The translations under genes and the position numbers were made by a program. 32,000 nt of DNA from Akkermansia muciniphila ATCC BAA-835 (GTDB lineage Bacteria; Verrucomicrobiota; Verrucomicrobiia; Verrucomicrobiales; Akkermansiaceae): contig NC_010655.1 of NCBI RefSeq assembly GCF_000020225.1, positions 2,370,001-2,402,000 of the forward strand, given 5' to 3'. Positions 24,359 through 32,000 of this stretch are shown piece by piece (position 1 is the stretch's first letter; every line of letters starts with the position of its first letter). The notes under the pieces are model-generated. The model saw only the letters and a list, made by a program, of their open reading frames with translations. It had not been told where the DNA came from and searched no databases.

Positions 24359-25376
24359 CGGCACCCCCCATTTTAACATCCATGCTTTCCGGAACGCGCT
24401 GGTAGAATGGTTCAGGCGCGAAGGGAGGGATTACCCGTGGCGGCGGACAACGGATCCGTGGCACATCCTTGTTTCCGAGCTGATGCTGCAGCAGACTACC
24501 ATTCCCACCGTTTTGGGAAGATATGACAGATGGATGCGCCAGTTCCCCACTCCGGCGCATCTGGCTGCCGTGGACGAACAGACGGCCCTGCGCTCCTGGG
24601 AAGGGTTGGGCTATTACCGCCGCGTGCGTTCCCTCCAGGCCATCGCCAGGGAAATCGTCAACGAATTCGGAGGGCGGTTCCCGGACAATGCGGAAGGGCT
24701 GAAACGCCTGCCGGGCATCGGCCCCTACACGTCGGGAGCGCTCCTCTCCTTCGCCTTCAACAAGGCGGCTCCCATTGTAGACGCCAATGTCGCGCGCGTC
24801 CTGGCCCGCATTGACAATTATTCCGTTCCCGTGGATTCCACGGAAGGCCAGAAATACCTGTGGAGCCGCGCGGAAAGCCTGGTGGATCCGGAACATGCCC
24901 GTGAATTCAATTCAGCCATCATGGAACTTGGGCAAACCTGCTGCAGCATCAGTTCTCCAGACTGCCTGCTGTGCCCCGTGCGCCCCTTCTGCTCTGCGGA
25001 ACGGCCGGAAACGCTTCCCGTCAAAAATCCCAAGCCTCAAGTCACCCGGGTGGAACACCACGATATTCTTTACATCCGCGGCAAATCCGTCCTGCTGGCC
25101 AAATGCCCGGAAGGCAAGCGCCATGCCGGCATGTACCGCTTCCCCCAGAGGGAGGACGAGCACACCCTTTCCCTGCCCCATGTCCTGAAACAAACCTACA
25201 GCATTACCCGCTACAGGGTGACCCGCTACATCCACCATGTGACGGATACGCCTCTCCTCAGGGAAGGAGAGGAATTCGTGCCGTTGGACAAAATCCACGG
25301 GCTGCCCATGGCCTCACCGGACCGCAAGGCACTGAACTCCCCCACCCTCGGCAAACTGCTGGACCATATCAGATGA
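24351..25376 (+). CDS. mutY: A/G-specific adenine DNA glycosylase
   Basis: 341 aa. It has YPWRRTTDPWHILVSELMLQQTT, the HhH-GPD region LPGIGPYTSGALLSFAF, the Fe-S cluster loop C-x7-C-x2-C-x5-C (CSISSPDCLLCPVRPFC) and a C-terminal NUDIX-like domain. The ATG overlaps the aroE 3' end by 8 nt. Confidence 0.9.
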   Translation: MTDGTPHFNIHAFRNALVEWFRREGRDYPWRRTTDPWHILVSELMLQQTTIPTVLGRYDRWMRQFPTPAHLAAVDEQTALRSWEGLGYYRRVRSLQAIAREIVNEFGGRFPDNAEGLKRLPGIGPYTSGALLSFAFNKAAPIVDANVARVLARIDNYSVPVDSTEGQKYLWSRAESLVDPEHAREFNSAIMELGQTCCSISSPDCLLCPVRPFCSAERPETLPVKNPKPQVTRVEHHDILYIRGKSVLLAKCPEGKRHAGMYRFPQREDEHTLSLPHVLKQTYSITRYRVTRYIHHVTDTPLLREGEEFVPLDKIHGLPMASPDRKALNSPTLGKLLDHIR

Positions 25377-25954
25377 ATGACAGATTGACGCCGGAACTTG
25401 TCCTCTCCGCCTATTGCCAGGGGTGTTTTCCCATGGCGGACCCGGAAACGGGAGAAATCTCCTTTTACGAACCGGACCCGCGCGCCCTGATTCCGCTGGA
25501 CGACCGCTTCCACATCCCCCACGGCCTCAAACGGGCTTTGAATAAAAAACCCTTTGAACTCCGGATGGATACCGCTTTTCCGGAGGTGGTCCATGCCTGC
25601 GCCCGGACGGACCAGCCGGAAGAACAATGGATAGACGGACAGATTGAAGAAGCATACGGCAAGCTTCACGAGATGGGCTTCGCCCACAGTGTGGAATGCT
25701 GGGACGAGGAAGGGCTGCAGGGAGGACTGTACGGAGTAGCCCTGGGGAAGGCTTTTTTCGGGGAAAGCATGTTCCACCGGAAAACGGACGCCAGCAAGAT
25801 CGCCCTGGTGGCTCTGGTGCAATACCTACGGGCGCATCGGTTCCTTTTTCTGGATACCCAGTGGACTACGCCGCATCTGCTGAAATTCGGAACCTATGAA
25901 GTGCCGGCCAAGGAATACCGGAAGCTTCTGAAGAGGGCACTGGAGGAACAATAA
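25373..25954 (+). CDS. aat: leucyl/phenylalanyl-tRNA--protein transferase
   Basis: 193 aa. LVLSAYCQGCFPMADPE, HIPHGLKRAL, GLYGVALGKAFFGESMFHRKTDASKIALVAL and LDTQWTTPHL are characteristic. ATGA overlap with the mutY stop. Confidence 0.9.
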   Translation: MNDRLTPELVLSAYCQGCFPMADPETGEISFYEPDPRALIPLDDRFHIPHGLKRALNKKPFELRMDTAFPEVVHACARTDQPEEQWIDGQIEEAYGKLHEMGFAHSVECWDEEGLQGGLYGVALGKAFFGESMFHRKTDASKIALVALVQYLRAHRFLFLDTQWTTPHLLKFGTYEVPAKEYRKLLKRALEEQ

Positions 25955-26350
25955 ACTATATTTTACTGTCCGGTGTAAACGGTCATGAGATTGATTCCCA
26001 ATTATGGGAGATCCGACAGCGCACCGGATTTCATAACCTGCTGATGATTTTTCTTCGGGCTTTGCCATCAATACTTGCCCCCCATGCCACCCCTTACGAC
26101 CAAACGTTCAGGAAGCATGGCTCCGGCATAAAAAACTCCGGAATCGACATCAACGGCACTCCGGGAAAGACTGCGGAGTATTTTGGGAAAGATGCACTTC
26201 CTCTTCCGCCAGGAGAGCTTCGGCCCATGATGCCATTAACATGATTTTTTGCAGCAAGGCGGAAGCCGTCAAACATGCCCAAACCAAACGCATGGAGCAG
26301 TTTGGCCCGCAAGGTTCAAGCCATATCTGACAAGACCGTTCCATCCGCTA

Positions 26351-26386
26351 AAACAGCCCGTGGTTCCGAAGAACCACGGGCTGTTT
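26351..26386 (-). terminator. rho-independent terminator after ppdK
   Basis: AAACAGCCCGTGGTTC-CGAA-GAACCACGGGCTGTTT forms a perfect 16 bp stem. The loop reads UUCG in the - sense, and the stem runs into TTTTA. It lies 22 nt after the ppdK stop. Confidence 0.8.
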
Positions 26387-26407
26387 ATTAACCCTTAACA
26401 AAAAGGT

Positions 26408-29152
<2,745 letters not shown>

Positions 29153-29465
29153 ATCGATTATTGTAGTCGAATTAATGATTCTGCCCAAACATCGACCAAA
29201 GGAGCCAACAAAAGACCCAATAGCGAGTTAGGGTCGAATAAGGATGCCTTCGGCTCCTTGCTTTGTCAATTCGAAATTGTACGGAAAACAAAAATATTTT
29301 TCAGAGTTTTTGGGGAAAAGAATGCATGCCAAAACCCTGCTTTTCCAGCCTGTCCCGTCCGGAACCGCTCTTCCTCCGGGCAACGCCGCTTCCTGTTTTC
29401 CGGCGGCCCCGAAATTACCTGGAAAGAAAAGCGCAGCGAGTTTCTTTTCATGGCTGTCCGGAAAA

Positions 29466-29500
29466 GAAAAACGGACGCTTATCAACCGGATAAGCGTCCG
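29466..29500 (-). terminator. rho-independent terminator after pgi
   Basis: In the - sense, CGGACGCTTAT-CCGGTTG-ATAAGCGTCCG forms an 11 bp stem followed by TTTTTC. It lies 24 nt after the pgi stop. Confidence 0.75.
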
Positions 29501-29523
29501 CCGGAAATAATATGCCCTGTTTT

Positions 29524-31071
29524 TTATGCCTTGCAGAAGGTGTCTTCATCCGCACAGTCAGCCTGAACCCACTTGACGGAGGAATCACCGGAAGCTATAT
29601 GCACGAGGCAATGGTACACGGCTTCCTGGTCCGCATCCAGCCGGGCAGCCATCTGGGCGGCGGTTTCCGGGGCGGTTCCCAGAGCCCCCCTTACCCTGCC
29701 CAGCAGGGCCAGGAAGGAACCCGCCGCTTTTTTGCCGGCTTCCACGCCGGGCTGGTGGTAGGCGTTGATGTTGACCAGGGAAGCATAGAAGGAGACGGCG
29801 CGCTCAAACAGAGCAATCAGCATGCCAAGCGTTTTGGCGTTCACCTCCGGGATGGAAATGGTGATGGAGGAACGGCCGGATTCCGCCAGAGCCTGGCGGG
29901 TGCCGCGCAGGAAGCCCTGGAGGAAGTCTCCGCAGGTGGCGCCCGCTTCCACTTCCACCGCATCCGCGGAACATTCGCGCACTTCAATGAAGGTGGCGAA
30001 GAAGTTGTTCACGCCGTCACGGAGCTGCTGCACATAGGCATGCTGATCCGTGGAGCCCTTGTTGCCGTACACGGAAATGCCCTGGCAGACTTCGTTGCCC
30101 TCCAGGTCCAGCCGCTTGCCGAGGGATTCCATAATGAGCTGCTGGAGGTATTTGGAGAAGAGCACCAGGGCATCCTTATAAGGGAGAACCACCATATCCT
30201 TTTCCCCCTTGCCGCCGGTGGCCTTGTACCAGGCCAGCGCCAGTTTCATGGAGGCGTTGCATTTCACGCAGTCCCGGCGGGTCTTTTCGTCCATCAGGCG
30301 CGCGCCTTCCAGCAGATCATCCACGTTCACGCCCTGAAGCACGGCGGGAACCAGCCCTACCACGGACATGACGGAGGTGCGGCCGCCCACCCAGTCTTCC
30401 ATCGGGAAACGCCTGAGCCAGCCTTCCGCCTCAGCCGTTTTGTCCAGCCGGGAACCCGTTCCCGTGACGGCGACCGCCTGGGGTGCGAATTCCAGCCCGT
30501 TCTTCCTGAAGAAGTCCTGGGCCACCAGCATGCCGTTGCGGGTTTCCGGCGTGCCGCCAGATTTGGAAATGACAATGACAAGCGTTTCTTCCAGAGGGAG
30601 GGATTCCAGCACCCGGTACATGCCGTCCGGATCCGTGTTGTCCAGAAAGAACATGTCCAGCCCTGCCGCCGGAATGGCATCCGCCACCAGCTCCGGGCCA
30701 AGAGCGGAACCGCCGATGCCGATGACGAGGGCGGCGGAATATTGTTCCGCGCGGGGAGGCGTTATTTTGCCGTCCAGAACGTCCCGTCCGAAGGCTTTGA
30801 CGTCCGCCAGGGGGCCGTCAATGGCGGCTTTCAATTCCGGCGTGGGAGCCAGGGAGGAGTTGCGCAGCCAGTAGTGCCCCACCATGCGTTTTTCATCCGG
30901 ATTGGCGATGGCGCCGGATTCCAGCGCCTTCATGTCGGCAAACGCCCTGTCTATCCGTCCCTGCATGGAAGACAGGAATGCGTCGTCCAGCGGAAGTTTT
31001 GAAAAATCAAGGGAAATGCCCAGTTCAGGGTAGCGAACGAGTTGTTTTGCGTATAAGCTCATGATGGTCAT
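29524..31071 (-). CDS. pgi: glucose-6-phosphate isomerase
   Basis: 515 aa. [47 protein letters not shown] and [15 protein letters not shown] are canonical PGI motifs. ATG at 31069-31071, alternative at 31062. Confidence 0.95.
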   Translation of the reverse strand: MTIMSLYAKQLVRYPELGISLDFSKLPLDDAFLSSMQGRIDRAFADMKALESGAIANPDEKRMVGHYWLRNSSLAPTPELKAAIDGPLADVKAFGRDVLDGKITPPRAEQYSAALVIGIGGSALGPELVADAIPAAGLDMFFLDNTDPDGMYRVLESLPLEETLVIVISKSGGTPETRNGMLVAQDFFRKNGLEFAPQAVAVTGTGSRLDKTAEAEGWLRRFPMEDWVGGRTSVMSVVGLVPAVLQGVNVDDLLEGARLMDEKTRRDCVKCNASMKLALAWYKATGGKGEKDMVVLPYKDALVLFSKYLQQLIMESLGKRLDLEGNEVCQGISVYGNKGSTDQHAYVQQLRDGVNNFFATFIEVRECSADAVEVEAGATCGDFLQGFLRGTRQALAESGRSSITISIPEVNAKTLGMLIALFERAVSFYASLVNINAYHQPGVEAGKKAAGSFLALLGRVRGALGTAPETAAQMAARLDADQEAVYHCLVHIASGDSSVKWVQADCADEDTFCKA

Positions 31072-31086
31072 GGATTGGAAAAAGGG

Positions 31087-32000
31087 TTACCGGAGTTTTT
31101 TCAGGATGCTTTTGGCCTGCACGTCGCCCTGGTCCGCCGCTTTCTGGAACCATTCCCGGGCTTTGGCCATGTCCTTGGGCAGGCCGAAACCGGTCTGATA
31201 CATCACGCCCAGGTTGTATTGCTCCGAGGCATAGCCTTCCGCAGCCGCCCGGCGGCGCGTGCGGGACTGTTCCCTGGCTTCCGCAGCGGTAAGGCCCAGA
31301 ACCCGCGCCGCGTCCGGCCACGCGGCTCCGAATCTGGAAGCGGAAGGGGCATAGCCGGCGGCTCCGGCCTTGCGGTGCATTTCCTCCGCTTTTTTCTTAT
31401 CCCTCTTCACGCCGTATTTGCCCTGGTCATACAGGAACGCCATGCCCCAGTAGCCACGGGGGCAGCCCAACTCCGCCGCCTGCTGGAAGCATTCAAAGGC
31501 ATCTTTATATTTTTTGGAACCCATGGCGCGCACGGCGTCGGAAATATGGAGTTCCGCCTCCTTCAAGCCTAGGAATTCCGGAATAGCCGCCCATTCCCTT
31601 TTCAGTTCCTCCCTGTCCCTTTTGGACTTGGGAGGCATGCCGGACGGACCGGAAAAACGGAAAAGGGGGAAGTAACCCTCCATGGCTCCCATGTTGCCCA
31701 GGCCAGACATCAGAAAAACGCCGGGAGAGACCTTCCACATGTGCATGTACTGGATGCGGCCTTCCTGAAGGGATTCCCTGGCCACCCACTCCGGCATGTT
31801 CGCCGGTTCCCCGAATTGTTCCGTCAGGCCCACCAGAAGAGCCTTATAGGCGGATTTCAGCCTGGTCTCATATTCGGAACCACGGTATTTGCTCCGGGAG
31901 TAGAGGACAACGGCCCTCAAGCCGCCGGAGGGGTCATAGTCAAAGTTCAGGGAAAAAGTCTGGCCGCCTATGGACTGCCTGGTTTTAAACACGCCGTTGA
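31087..32000 (-). CDS. Sel1-repeat (SLR/TPR-like) protein, possibly 5'-truncated by the window edge
   Basis: C-terminal repeats such as GYASEQYNLGVMYQTGFGLPKDMAKAREWFQKAADQG and GMAFLYDQGKYGVKRDKKKAEEMHRKAGAAG are Sel1-type. The track start at 31992 is a GTG and the frame stays open to position 32000. The stop lies 15 nt upstream of the pgi start. Confidence 0.75.
   Translation of the reverse strand, partial: NGVFKTRQSIGGQTFSLNFDYDPSGGLRAVVLYSRSKYRGSEYETRLKSAYKALLVGLTEQFGEPANMPEWVARESLQEGRIQYMHMWKVSPGVFLMSGLGNMGAMEGYFPLFRFSGPSGMPPKSKRDREELKREWAAIPEFLGLKEAELHISDAVRAMGSKKYKDAFECFQQAAELGCPRGYWGMAFLYDQGKYGVKRDKKKAEEMHRKAGAAGYAPSASRFGAAWPDAARVLGLTAAEAREQSRTRRRAAAEGYASEQYNLGVMYQTGFGLPKDMAKAREWFQKAADQGDVQAKSILKKLR

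Noticed and set aside
29199-29259. Competing helices upstream of ppdK. In the - sense, AAGGAGCC can pair either with the adjacent GGCAUCCUU or with a distal perfect GGCUCCUU that encloses a GACCC/GGGTC hairpin.
   Set aside because: These are only 8 bp helices. A TTGACA-like hexamer (29264-29269, - sense) sits right next to them, so it is unclear whether the segment is even transcribed. They do not occlude the ribosome-binding region, and no known riboswitch class was recognised.

Overview
This is a 32 kb, GC-rich chromosomal segment (mid to high 50s % G+C by eye, not computed). Its gene content and protein sequences look Verrucomicrobiota/Akkermansia-like, but that is an impression only because no search was possible. 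I support 22 protein-coding genes and 2 tRNA genes, and almost all are core metabolism or maintenance. On the + strand: a membrane::cytidylate-kinase-like fusion, a DenV-like pyrimidine-dimer glycosylase, a small anchored protein plus a PA14 protein, metH, a two-gene ThrE/YjjP-YjjB-type exporter, tRNA-Gln, hom-lysC, a TIGR02206 membrane protein, class II (B12) ribonucleotide reductase nrdJ, and aroE-mutY-aat with overlapping stop/start codons. On the - strand: ybaK, a translationally coupled GATase / PNPOx-like / TIGR02206-membrane trio, tRNA-Ala, a thioredoxin-fold lipoprotein, a 457-471 aa secreted protein, ppdK, pgi and a Sel1-repeat protein. I see no rRNA, CRISPR array, transposase, integrase, phage gene or recognisable defence system, so most of the window is ordinary core genome. 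The least-explained features are listed here. (1) About 1 kb of ORF-free, AT-shifted spacer lies upstream of metH, and it contains a 299 bp cassette bracketed by perfect 17 bp inverted repeats that are themselves hairpins. (2) The coupled GATase-flavoprotein-membrane module has a second membrane paralogue 16 kb away. (3) There is a membrane-domain::kinase-like fusion. (4) A redox-dead thioredoxin lipoprotein sits near an uncharacterised secreted protein with a discoidin-like C-terminus. (5) A good NrdR-box candidate lies in an AT-rich island upstream of nrdJ. All protein calls rest on motif recognition from the supplied translations. The ORF track uses ATG/GTG/TTG starts, so I re-placed several starts at internal ATGs that I checked in the nucleotide sequence.
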